A DNA stretch of 33,835 bases from Candidatus Zambryskibacteria bacterium RIFCSPHIGHO2_01_FULL_43_25 (GCA_001823695.1 MHVD01000009.1:1-33835), one strand, 5' to 3'; counted from the first letter of the stretch, positions 20,121 through 27,522 are shown. Numbers and translations are program-made. Notes: generated by a model from the letters alone, not told the origin.

Positions 20121-21137
20121 ATGAAGAAAAAAATTGTTTTTTCGGCGATAATTTTATCGTTTTTCTTTTTTGTTTCTAGCCAAGTCTATGCTCAATCTTC
20201 CTACTCATCTCTTAATGAAATTGGTAAACAGTTAGAACAAGCTTACCAACAACTCCAAACACTAACACAAAACCTAACTGGCAAACTTACGGCAGCAACA
20301 GCAGGCTATAACACTCCAACAGTTGATTTAAAGGCAAATACTTTTGATGGCCCAATAACAGTTTCTTCTGGTTCAAATGTAATACTTTATTGGGTTGCTA
20401 CGAATACAGACTCTTGTACTATTTCTGGACCGAATTTGAGGACTTTTTTAGAAGGAGACAGTTCAATGCCTTTCAGCGGATCAGTAAATTCAGGGTTCTT
20501 AACAATGAATACAACGTTTACCATAACATGCACTGGTCCTGGGGGTACTGCTTCAGATAGCGTAACGATTAATGTGCTTACAATCAGCCCACCAATCATT
20601 TCAGACTTGAAAGTAAACTATTCTACTAGCCCCGTTACAGTTGCTTCCGGTTCAAGTGTTTCTATTAGCTATGTCGCAAGAAAAGCGGATTCATGTAATG
20701 TTTCTGGACCACTTGCGTGGAAATATTCCGTAAAAACTTCCGAACCATATCCGTCAACAGAAGTTTATATACAGGGTTGGGCAGGGTCAACAGCTCTGAC
20801 CGCAAACACAACATTTACTATTACTTGCACGGGTCCTGGAGGTACTTCTTCAGCCAGCGTAACTGTTTATGTGGCGAAGGGGGTCCCTTCAGTCACAATC
20901 TCAGCCAATCCAACGACTGTTATTACAGGTCAATCATCGATACTCTCTTGGTCTTCAACTAATGCAACTTCATGTACAGCAGGGGGAGGATGGAGTGGAT
21001 TAAAGTTAACAAGCGGATCTCAAGTAGTCGCACCGACTCAAAGAACAACTTATACTTTAACCTGTTGGGGTCCTGGAGGTAATATTTCAGGTAGTGTAAT
21101 AATTGATACTACACTCAATAAAACATTGATACGGTAA
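20121..21137 (+). CDS. Secreted Ser/Thr-rich surface protein with three Ig/PKD-like repeats
   Basis: Signal peptide (VYA|Q), three repeats ending T(F/Y)T(I/L)TCxGPGG. Confidence 0.8.
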   Translation: MKKKIVFSAIILSFFFFVSSQVYAQSSYSSLNEIGKQLEQAYQQLQTLTQNLTGKLTAATAGYNTPTVDLKANTFDGPITVSSGSNVILYWVATNTDSCTISGPNLRTFLEGDSSMPFSGSVNSGFLTMNTTFTITCTGPGGTASDSVTINVLTISPPIISDLKVNYSTSPVTVASGSSVSISYVARKADSCNVSGPLAWKYSVKTSEPYPSTEVYIQGWAGSTALTANTTFTITCTGPGGTSSASVTVYVAKGVPSVTISANPTTVITGQSSILSWSSTNATSCTAGGGWSGLKLTSGSQVVAPTQRTTYTLTCWGPGGNISGSVIIDTTLNKTLIR

Positions 21138-21159
21138 AATACAAGTAACAATCTCGCAA

Positions 21160-21227
21160 TTCTAACATTGCTCACCACAGTAGTGGGATATAAATCACTA
21201 CGGGGCAGGCTAGCTCGCGCGTCGGTT
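21160..21227 (+). repeat. 68-bp direct repeat, copy 2
   Basis: 67/68 identical to 19930-19997. Confidence 0.9.
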
Positions 21228-21238
21228 ATACTTAATAT

Positions 21239-21511
21239 ATGGAATTTAATTTTCTCACTGCGGGGCTTATATTTTTTGCGTATATATTAATTGATGGGAT
21301 GTATGCCTACTATACTCAGTCTATTGTAAAAAAGAGAGCTGTCATCTCTGCAACCACAGGTGCCCTAATGCATTTTCTAATTGCCTTCGGAGTTCTTAAC
21401 TATGTTCAAAATTTCTTGTATGTTGTCCCTCTAGCTCTAGGTTCTTGGGTCGGAACTTATCTTGTAGTAAAGAATGACCGCAGTTCTAACATCATCAAAC
21501 CTCGGACGTAG
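21239..21511 (+). CDS. Small hypothetical membrane protein (about 3 TM)
   Basis: Hydrophobic 90-aa ORF with an AT-rich ATG context. Confidence 0.65.
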   Translation: MEFNFLTAGLIFFAYILIDGMYAYYTQSIVKKRAVISATTGALMHFLIAFGVLNYVQNFLYVVPLALGSWVGTYLVVKNDRSSNIIKPRT

Positions 21512-21579
21512 CTTATGGGTTAAGCAGGGTTGTGTAGTAGAATGCTATAATTAAAATACTTATTAGTTTTTTGTTTATT

Positions 21580-21948
21580 ATGAACAACACACAAAAAGCA
21601 GTTTGGGCTCTTCGTATAGGTGTGGCAGGCGAATTTTTGGGACATGGAGTATTTGCTCTGCAAGGCAAACAGGATTGGATAAACTGGTTTTCAAATTTTG
21701 GCGTAAGCAACCCGAGCACCGCGTCAACGCTTCTGGTCTTGGTTGGAATATTGGACCTGCTGGTTGCGCTCGTTGTTTTATTCAAACCGCTCAAGCCAGT
21801 TTTGCTGTGGGCGGTGTTTTGGGGCTTCTGGACGGCTCTTGTGCGCCCGATTGTTGGTCAGCCGATTTGGGATTTTGTAGAACGGTTTGCAAACTGGGCC
21901 GCGCCTCTAGCTTTGTATTATTTGTTGAGCAACCAACCTAATAATTAA
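21580..21948 (+). CDS. DoxX-like membrane protein
   Basis: LRIGVAGEFLGHG, several TM helices, DFVERFANWAAPL; TGCTATAAT promoter upstream. Confidence 0.7.
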   Translation: MNNTQKAVWALRIGVAGEFLGHGVFALQGKQDWINWFSNFGVSNPSTASTLLVLVGILDLLVALVVLFKPLKPVLLWAVFWGFWTALVRPIVGQPIWDFVERFANWAAPLALYYLLSNQPNN

Positions 21949-22017
21949 TTCTACAATTTTTGTCGTAGTTACCCGATATCCTTTGGTAAAGGCAGAATTT
22001 TCTAATATCATATTAGA

Positions 22018-22503
22018 ATGCGTTTGAATGTTCCATATTTCAAACAGGATTTCATATATTCCTGCGGTCCTGCGGCTGTCCAAATGGTTTTGGCTTATTT
22101 CCACATAAGAGAGTCAGAAAGCAATCTGATTGAAGAACTAGGTGTTAGTGAAGAGATGTGGTCATCTAACAGTCTGATGATAGAAGTGTTTAGGAAAAGA
22201 GGTTTATACTGTTATGTGAATAAAGATGGCACCTTGGAACAGATAAAAAACTTTTTGGAAGAAGGAATTCCGGTCGTAGTAAATTACATAGAACCATCAG
22301 CCGAGGACGGTCACTTCGCGGTGGTTGTGAATCTGACGGATAGCGTGATTGTTTTGAATGACCCGTGGAATGGAGAAAATTTTGTGTTGAATAGGGAAGA
22401 GTTTCTGAATCGCTGGCATTCAAAATATGACGATGCTTCTAGGTGGTATTTGGCAGTTTCTGATAAAGATTTTGACCTGGGCAAAAGATACAGGCCAGTT
22501 TAA
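22018..22503 (+). CDS. Peptidase C39-like cysteine protease
   Basis: VPYFKQ...SCGPAA (Q, C), GHFAVV (H), LNDP (D). Confidence 0.85.
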   Translation: MRLNVPYFKQDFIYSCGPAAVQMVLAYFHIRESESNLIEELGVSEEMWSSNSLMIEVFRKRGLYCYVNKDGTLEQIKNFLEEGIPVVVNYIEPSAEDGHFAVVVNLTDSVIVLNDPWNGENFVLNREEFLNRWHSKYDDASRWYLAVSDKDFDLGKRYRPV

Positions 22504-22623
22504 ATGTTTCCCGTAATGGTATTATAAGTCCACGGTCGTGTATTTATTATACCGTCGTTGAAAATAGTGTTTCTGTATATTATGATTCGTCTGTTCTTTC
22601 TGATTTTTTATGCCGTTGTAGCT

Positions 22624-22672
22624 CCCCAAACAAAATATCGGTTAACAAGCAACCTATTTTGTACGGGGCAAG
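22624..22672. mobile_element. 49-bp palindromic insertion, homologue of 17844-17892 at the same tRNA position
   Basis: CCCCAAACAAAATA..TATTTTGTACGGGGCAAG. Confidence 0.75.
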
Positions 22673-22679
22673 CAGCTGG

Positions 22680-22719
22680 CCCGCCCGCAACGCATGAGCG
22701 GCTAGCAATGGCGAGCGGG
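22680..22719. mobile_element. 40-bp CCCGC...GCGGG palindromic insertion in the D-loop
   Basis: CCCGCCCGC...GCGAGCGGG directly before GAGC of the D-stem. Confidence 0.65.
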
Positions 22720-22727
22720 GAGCATGT

Positions 22728-22802
22728 GCCAGAGTAGTTCAGTGGTAGAACGCCTTCATGGTAAGAAGGAAGTCGGGAGTTCAATTCTCCCCTCTGGCTC
22801 CA
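22728..22802 (+). tRNA. tRNA-Thr (GGT), intact inner copy
   Basis: GCCAGAG/CTCTGGC, GTTC/GAAC, CCTTC-ATGGTAA-GAAGG, TTCAATT loop, encoded CCA. Confidence 0.93.
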
Positions 22803-22981
22803 GAATTAGACCTTCGGATTTTTGACCAGCCATTTCGTGGGCGGCGCACAGTGCCACCCATGCTTCGGACCCTTCTGTTTCTTTTTTTACAAAAAAACAA
22901 AAATGTCTTTTGTGTCGGTTTGTCAAGGTATTGGCTGATGGATATATATACTTATCAACATCCGTACGATATAATAAAATC

Positions 22982-25432
22982 ATGAAAAATAAAATTATTA
23001 GTTTGGCAATAGTGGGATTATTATTAGGAGGTTCATTAGGAGTACCATTAGTGCAGGCACAAACATCGAGTCAGCAGTCAACTCTTTTAGCGTCCTTTAG
23101 CCAAATTAATGAGGCTTTTATACAACTTTTAGCCTCGGTTATAAATGCCCTGGCAGGGCAAGAAGAAGAAAATATAGAAAATGACAATACTACTCTTCCC
23201 CCAGTTTTGAGTCTCTCGCAGTACACAGTTGATCTTCTCAATATCGCGAATGAGTTGAAACAGGCCCCAGCCGCAAAAAAGCAGGCAGCTACAGACCGTT
23301 TGTCAGAATTTGTTCAAATCAGAAAAGATGCCATGCTCCAAGAAATAAAAAATAACCCACAAGCGGTTATTAATAACGCTCTCCCCGCTTGGGCAGTCTC
23401 GCAATTACCACAGAATGTTATCAGCTTTGTAGAACAGCGGAAACAGATCCGCGGTAAATTTCAATATCTGGACGTTCATTACGGTGACTTTTATACCGGC
23501 ACAGCCGCTAATGAATTTTATGTAACCGAAAGTGGTACTGGCAAGCGCTATCGGGTTCATCTTACGGGAAGCCCGCAGGCCCTCACCGGCGATATGGTTG
23601 TCATTGACGGCATAATTCTTGACGATCAAATCGCGACCACAGAAAAATCAATCCAGGTTATTTCTTCTCCTAATAGGACAAGGTCTTCGACGTCGGCCGC
23701 TACCCCTTCTCTCTTGAGTAAAATTATAAACGCACTTGGTCGCAAGGTCGCCAATGCGCAAACAACTACCCCGATTCCCAAAAAAGTAGCGGTTATCATG
23801 TTTAATTGGCAGAACGATACGCGCACTCTGTCAGTGTCGGCCGCCAAGGGGACCGTTTTTACCAACTCGAACTCATCCAACAGCTTTTACAAAGAGAATT
23901 CATTCGGCAAAATTGAACTCGTCGGCAAATACCAATCAGATGGCGATGTTTTCGGTATGGTTACAGTGCCTTATGACAATTCAAACTGTAGCACTATGTA
24001 TAGCGTTTGGTCTGACGCCGCGGATGCCGAAGTGCAGAGATTGGGTTTTGATCTTTCAGGATACGATATAAAAACATATTTGTTTCCTTCAGTTGCTTGC
24101 GGATGGTCGGGTATAGCAGAAGTTGGTGGTTATCCAGCTCGGTCTTGGATCAGAAGTACCGATTTGGGCGTCATAACCCATGAATTGGGTCATAATCTAG
24201 GTTCCCATCATGCAAGCTCTTGGTCGTGCACAGAAAGCGGGGTTAGGGTGCCGATAGGCCAAGATATGAATTGTGTGATAGGGGAATATGGCGATCCGTA
24301 TGATGTTATGGGTTTAGGCGGCATGAGACATATAAATAATTCTCACAAAGATACGACCGTCTACTTCTCCTCACTGGATTGGCTAGATGATCAAAATATA
24401 TTTACAATAGATCGCAATATTGCACCTGATGCCACATACACCATTACTCCGATTGAATGGTCGTCTGCCGGCGTACAGGCGCTTCGCATTCCCAAAGATA
24501 TTTCCCCAACCGGATATCCTGAAACTTATTATTATCTTGAATTTCGCCAGCCTTTTGGATTTGATGACTTTGCCGCTTCCAGTCCTCCGGTAAATGGAGT
24601 AACTATTCGCATCGCAACTGATTACAATTTTATCGTGAAAAGCAGGCTGGTAGATACTACACCATCAACTTATGATTTTACTGACGCTCCCTTGGCAGTA
24701 GGCAAGACATTTACTGATCCATATAAACAGATTAACGTAACCACGCTCTCGGTTGCACCAGCAGAAGCTCAAGTGCGGGTATCTTTTGGGGCAGTGCCTT
24801 GTATACAAGCGAATCCTTCATTCTCGATAAATCCGACTAGTGCCTCGCTTTATGCCGGACAATCGACGTCATTTGCTTATACTCTTACCAATAATGATAC
24901 AACATCTTGTCCTTCCTCTAATTTCAGTATCACTCCGACTCTTCCAGCTGGTTTTAGTCAAAGTCCTTCACCTATAAATCATTCTCTGGCCGGCGGGACG
25001 GGAGTTTCGGGAACGCTTATCATAAGCTCTCCAACTGCCGCAACCGCAGGTTCTTACTCTATAACCGAGACGGCTCAAAATACTTCTGTCCCAGGCAACT
25101 ATCAATCAACGGCAACTCTTACCATGAATATCCTTTTGCCTGATACGATTCTGCCTATTGTCACGATCAATTCGCCCGCCAATGGAGCCACTGTGTCAAA
25201 AGGAAATGTTCAGATTGTCGTTTCGGCATCCGATGCAAGCGGAATAGCTCAAATACAAATCTTGGTTGATGGTGTATTGAAAAAAACCTGCTTTAACACT
25301 ACTTCTTGTTCAGGAACAGTGAAAGCGAATGGCCTGACAGTAGGAACGCACAATATCACCGCGCAGGCTACGGATAAAGGCGGGCCTGTCGCGAATACCG
25401 CAACCGCTTCGATTACTATTATCAAAAAGTAG
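22982..25432 (+). CDS. Secreted zinc metalloprotease (M11/gametolysin-like) with C-terminal Ig-like domains
   Basis: Signal peptide, HELGHNLGSHH zinc motif, EYGDPYDVMG Met-turn, YYLEFR, Ig-like tail (PIVTINSPANGATV, SDASGI). Confidence 0.85.
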   Translation: MKNKIISLAIVGLLLGGSLGVPLVQAQTSSQQSTLLASFSQINEAFIQLLASVINALAGQEEENIENDNTTLPPVLSLSQYTVDLLNIANELKQAPAAKKQAATDRLSEFVQIRKDAMLQEIKNNPQAVINNALPAWAVSQLPQNVISFVEQRKQIRGKFQYLDVHYGDFYTGTAANEFYVTESGTGKRYRVHLTGSPQALTGDMVVIDGIILDDQIATTEKSIQVISSPNRTRSSTSAATPSLLSKIINALGRKVANAQTTTPIPKKVAVIMFNWQNDTRTLSVSAAKGTVFTNSNSSNSFYKENSFGKIELVGKYQSDGDVFGMVTVPYDNSNCSTMYSVWSDAADAEVQRLGFDLSGYDIKTYLFPSVACGWSGIAEVGGYPARSWIRSTDLGVITHELGHNLGSHHASSWSCTESGVRVPIGQDMNCVIGEYGDPYDVMGLGGMRHINNSHKDTTVYFSSLDWLDDQNIFTIDRNIAPDATYTITPIEWSSAGVQALRIPKDISPTGYPETYYYLEFRQPFGFDDFAASSPPVNGVTIRIATDYNFIVKSRLVDTTPSTYDFTDAPLAVGKTFTDPYKQINVTTLSVAPAEAQVRVSFGAVPCIQANPSFSINPTSASLYAGQSTSFAYTLTNNDTTSCPSSNFSITPTLPAGFSQSPSPINHSLAGGTGVSGTLIISSPTAATAGSYSITETAQNTSVPGNYQSTATLTMNILLPDTILPIVTINSPANGATVSKGNVQIVVSASDASGIAQIQILVDGVLKKTCFNTTSCSGTVKANGLTVGTHNITAQATDKGGPVANTATASITIIKK

Positions 25433-25441
25433 ACACGTTCT

Positions 25442-25479
25442 TAAGCTAAAAATCGTTCCTCGGGGCGATTTTTAGCTTA
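25442..25479 (+). terminator. Terminator-like hairpin
   Basis: TAAGCTAAAAATCG...CGATTTTTAGCTTA perfect 14-bp arms. Confidence 0.8.
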
Positions 25480-25645
25480 TGGAGAAAGACCGCACAGTAC
25501 GAATGAAAAAGTCAGGATAAACTTTTACTCGCTGGCCGTCCAATACCCTACCATCCGTTCGAATACTTGGAAAACAAGTGACGGGGTTTCCTTAGTTCAG
25601 GAATTTTTGATAAAGTGAGTTCGAGCACAGTCGTAAAGATACTCA

Positions 25646-25706
25646 AGTATTGCCACCTTAGCTCAGTCTTGCCCGCCAAAATTTTGCCAGAGTAGCTCAG
25701 TTGGTA
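25646..25706 (+). repeat. 61-bp direct repeat, copy 1 (copy 2 at 25804-25864)
   Basis: AGTATTGCCACCTTAGCTCAGTCTTGCCCGCCAAAATTTTGCCAGAGTAGCTCAGTTGGTA identical in both places. Confidence 0.9.
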
Positions 25707-25797
25707 CCCGCCCGAACGACTGACATCGTTCAGTCGGGCGGGGAGCATTCCCATGGTAAGGGAAAGGTCATCGGTTCAATCCCGATCAACGGCTCCA
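25686..25797 (+). pseudogene. Chimeric tRNA-Thr(GGT): foreign 5' end, 36-bp D-loop hairpin (25707-25742) and the original 3' half (25743-25797)
   Basis: TTCCC-ATGGTAA-GGGAA anticodon arm and intact T arm; local 5' GCCAGAG has three mismatches against CAACGGC. Confidence 0.75.
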
Positions 25798-25825
25798 AGA
25801 TTTAGTATTGCCACCTTAGCTCAGT

Positions 25826-25948
25826 CTTGCCCGCCAAAATTTTGCCAGAGTAGCTCAGTTGGTAGAGCGACGCACTCGTAACGCGTAGGTCCCCGGTTCA
25901 ATCCCGGGCTCTGGCTCCAAAAACTAGCAAAAACTTAGGCGGGTGAAG
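25826..25948. mobile_element. Palindromic element carrying tRNA-Thr(CGT)
   Basis: CTTGCCCGCCAAAATTTTGC ... GCAAAAACTTAGGCGGGTGAAG imperfect inverted arms. Confidence 0.7.
25844..25919 (+). tRNA. tRNA-Thr (CGT), intact inner copy
   Basis: 76-nt cloverleaf GCCAGAG/CTCTGGC, CTCGTAA loop, encoded CCA. Confidence 0.93.
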
Positions 25949-26044
25949 CAGAGCGACGGTATCGTAAACCGTAGGTCCCCGGTTCAAGCCCGGGAGGTGG
26001 CTCTTGAAAAATATGTGGTTGTTAGTAATATAAGTAACGCACCT

Positions 26045-26275
26045 GGGTGAGAGCGGTGACTCGCAGTACCTAAGGGCTTGAGGAGCTATGATGGTGAGGG
26101 CACAGTCCAAACTCACTGGAGCTCGCGGGACTGCCGCCGGAGACTTGTTACTCCTTGGAGTAGATACCCAAGGTGATGGAGGGGGAAAGCCGACACTGTT
26201 GGCGAAGTCCCAAAAGCCAGGAACAGGTCGTTGTTCTGGCGCGAGGCGCCGCTCACCGCCGGCGCCTTTTTTTTG
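26045..26275 (+). ncRNA. Candidate structured non-coding RNA, family not recognised
   Basis: GC-rich intergenic block; closing stem GAGCGGTGACTCGC/GCGAGGCGCCGCTC, several internal stems, T8 tail. Confidence 0.5.
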
Positions 26276-26296
26276 AATTTTGTTAATATCAATTAC

Positions 26297-26374
26297 ATGA
26301 CCGATTCCAAGGAAGACGAGAAAAAGAAGATAGAAGAACTGGAAGCGCAGATGAGTTGTCCCGGAACGCTCTAA
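26297..26374 (+). pseudogene. 25-codon remnant of a prfB 5' end
   Basis: MTDSKEDEKKKIEELEAQMSCPG resembles the RF2 start MDKENIQKKIEELEERMGKPD. Confidence 0.55.
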
Positions 26375-26401
26375 AATAATTAAGAGTTTTGGTGTTAATT
26401 T

Positions 26402-27313
26402 ATGGATAAGGAAAATATACAAAAGAAGATAGAAGAGTTAGAAGAGCGAATGGGCAAGCCGGATTTTTGGTCTGACAAAACATTCGCCCAAGAAACTATA
26501 AAGAAAATTCAAGAGCTCAAAGATGAGATTGAGGGAGTAGGCAAATATGATAAGGGAGATGCTGTAATGACAATATTTTCAGGCGCCGGCGGAGATGATG
26601 CCGAGGATTTCTCGGCCATGCTTTTGACGATGTATTTCAAATACATTGCCAAGCAGGGCTGGTCGTACAGAGTTCTCCACGAAAATCGCAACGATCACGG
26701 CGGATACAGGAATATAACACTTGAGATTTCAAATCCTTCAACTCACTTTGCTCGCCCAGGATCTTTAGGGCCCTATGGGATCCTAAAGAACGAATCGGGG
26801 GTTCATCGCCTTGTCCGCATATCGCCATTTAACGCAAAGAAACTTCGTCACACCTCCTTTTCTTTGGTTGAAGTTATCCCCGAGTTTGAAAAAGTTTCAG
26901 AATCGGAAATAGAAATTCCAGAAACGGATTTGAAAATTGATTTTGCGAAGTCAAGCGGCCCGGGTGGACAAAATGTCAACAAGAGAGAAACTGCGGTAAG
27001 GGTCGTCCACACTCCGACGGGCATTTCTGTTCATGTTGACTCTGAGAGATCACAGGCGCAAAACCGAGAGGGAGCGATGGCCATACTTGCCGGCAAACTG
27101 TATAAGCGTCTTGAAGAAGAGAGGCAAGCGAAGGAAAAAGGCATGTATATCTCAAAGAGCACCCAGATAGAATGGGGCAACCAAATACGCTCCTACGTTC
27201 TCCATCCGTACAAAATGGTCAAGGACCACAGGACGGGAGTAGAAACAAGCGATATTGATGCTGTTCTCCAGGGCGGGATAGACGCGTTTGTTGAAGCTGA
27301 GAAGAATCTGTAA
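26402..27313 (+). CDS. prfB: Peptide chain release factor 2 (short form, no internal frameshift)
   Basis: SPF recognition motif (RISPFN), GPGGQNVNK, GVHRLVR, WGNQIRSY. Confidence 0.93.
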   Translation: MDKENIQKKIEELEERMGKPDFWSDKTFAQETIKKIQELKDEIEGVGKYDKGDAVMTIFSGAGGDDAEDFSAMLLTMYFKYIAKQGWSYRVLHENRNDHGGYRNITLEISNPSTHFARPGSLGPYGILKNESGVHRLVRISPFNAKKLRHTSFSLVEVIPEFEKVSESEIEIPETDLKIDFAKSSGPGGQNVNKRETAVRVVHTPTGISVHVDSERSQAQNREGAMAILAGKLYKRLEEERQAKEKGMYISKSTQIEWGNQIRSYVLHPYKMVKDHRTGVETSDIDAVLQGGIDAFVEAEKNL

Positions 27314-27374
27314 CTTGATTTGGCGTGGCTTTAGCTTGAGTAAACCCCTAAAAAATATTAGAATAACCGATAAC

Positions 27375-27522
27375 CCCGCCCCGTTTTTGCTTCTTGGTTA
27401 GGGCGTGGCGCTTCGCCGGGCGAGGAATGTCCTATTCGGACCCGCGCCACGCTTTTGCAAGACTGTGCAGAGGGCCATTTATTTTTTGAAAACTTGCAAG
27501 ACTATGGCAAAAATAGAGCGGG
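27375..27522. repeat. Nested inverted-repeat element between prfB and ftsE
   Basis: CCCGCCCCGTTTTTGC / GCAAAAATAGAGCGGG outer arms; GCGTGGCGC/GCGCCACGC inner arms; TTGCAAGACT twice. Confidence 0.55.

Larger units (their letters stand above)
22612..22725 (+). pseudogene. 5' half of the outer tRNA-Thr(GGT) with two palindromic insertions
   Basis: GCCGTTGTAGCT[49 bp]CAGCTGG[40 bp]GAGCAT; acceptor GCCGTTG pairs perfectly with CAACGGC at 25787-25793. Confidence 0.75.
25810..26002 (+). tRNA. Outer tRNA-Thr(CGT) with a ~123-bp insertion in its D-loop (function uncertain)
   Basis: GCCACCT/AGGTGGC, GCTC/GAGC, ACGGT-ATCGTAA-ACCGT and CCCGG-TTCAAGC-CCGGG all pair perfectly. Confidence 0.7.

Noticed and set aside
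19930-21520. Canonical integron attC sites
   Set aside because: TTCTAAC...GTT ends are suggestive, but the R''/R' boxes are not complementary and no intI is in the window; kept only as unclassified cassette boundaries.
22756-22985. Two 75-aa ORFs on opposite strands
   Set aside because: Overlap tRNA-Thr and the downstream promoter region; typical tRNA shadow ORFs.
25480-25645. Possible decayed coding fragment after the protease terminator
   Set aside because: Short frames with stops and nothing recognisable; not supportable without a search.
25646-25864. CRISPR array
   Set aside because: Only two copies of a tRNA-derived 61-mer; no spacer series or cas genes.
26180-26230. Cobalamin riboswitch (CACTG, AAGCCAGGA)
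   Set aside because: The conserved GGGAA-GGTG-AATCC core and correct motif order are missing, and the downstream gene is unrelated.
25898-26422. 174-aa minus-strand and 62-aa plus-strand ORFs
   Set aside because: Overlap tRNAs and a GC-rich structured block; better explained as stop-poor non-coding sequence.
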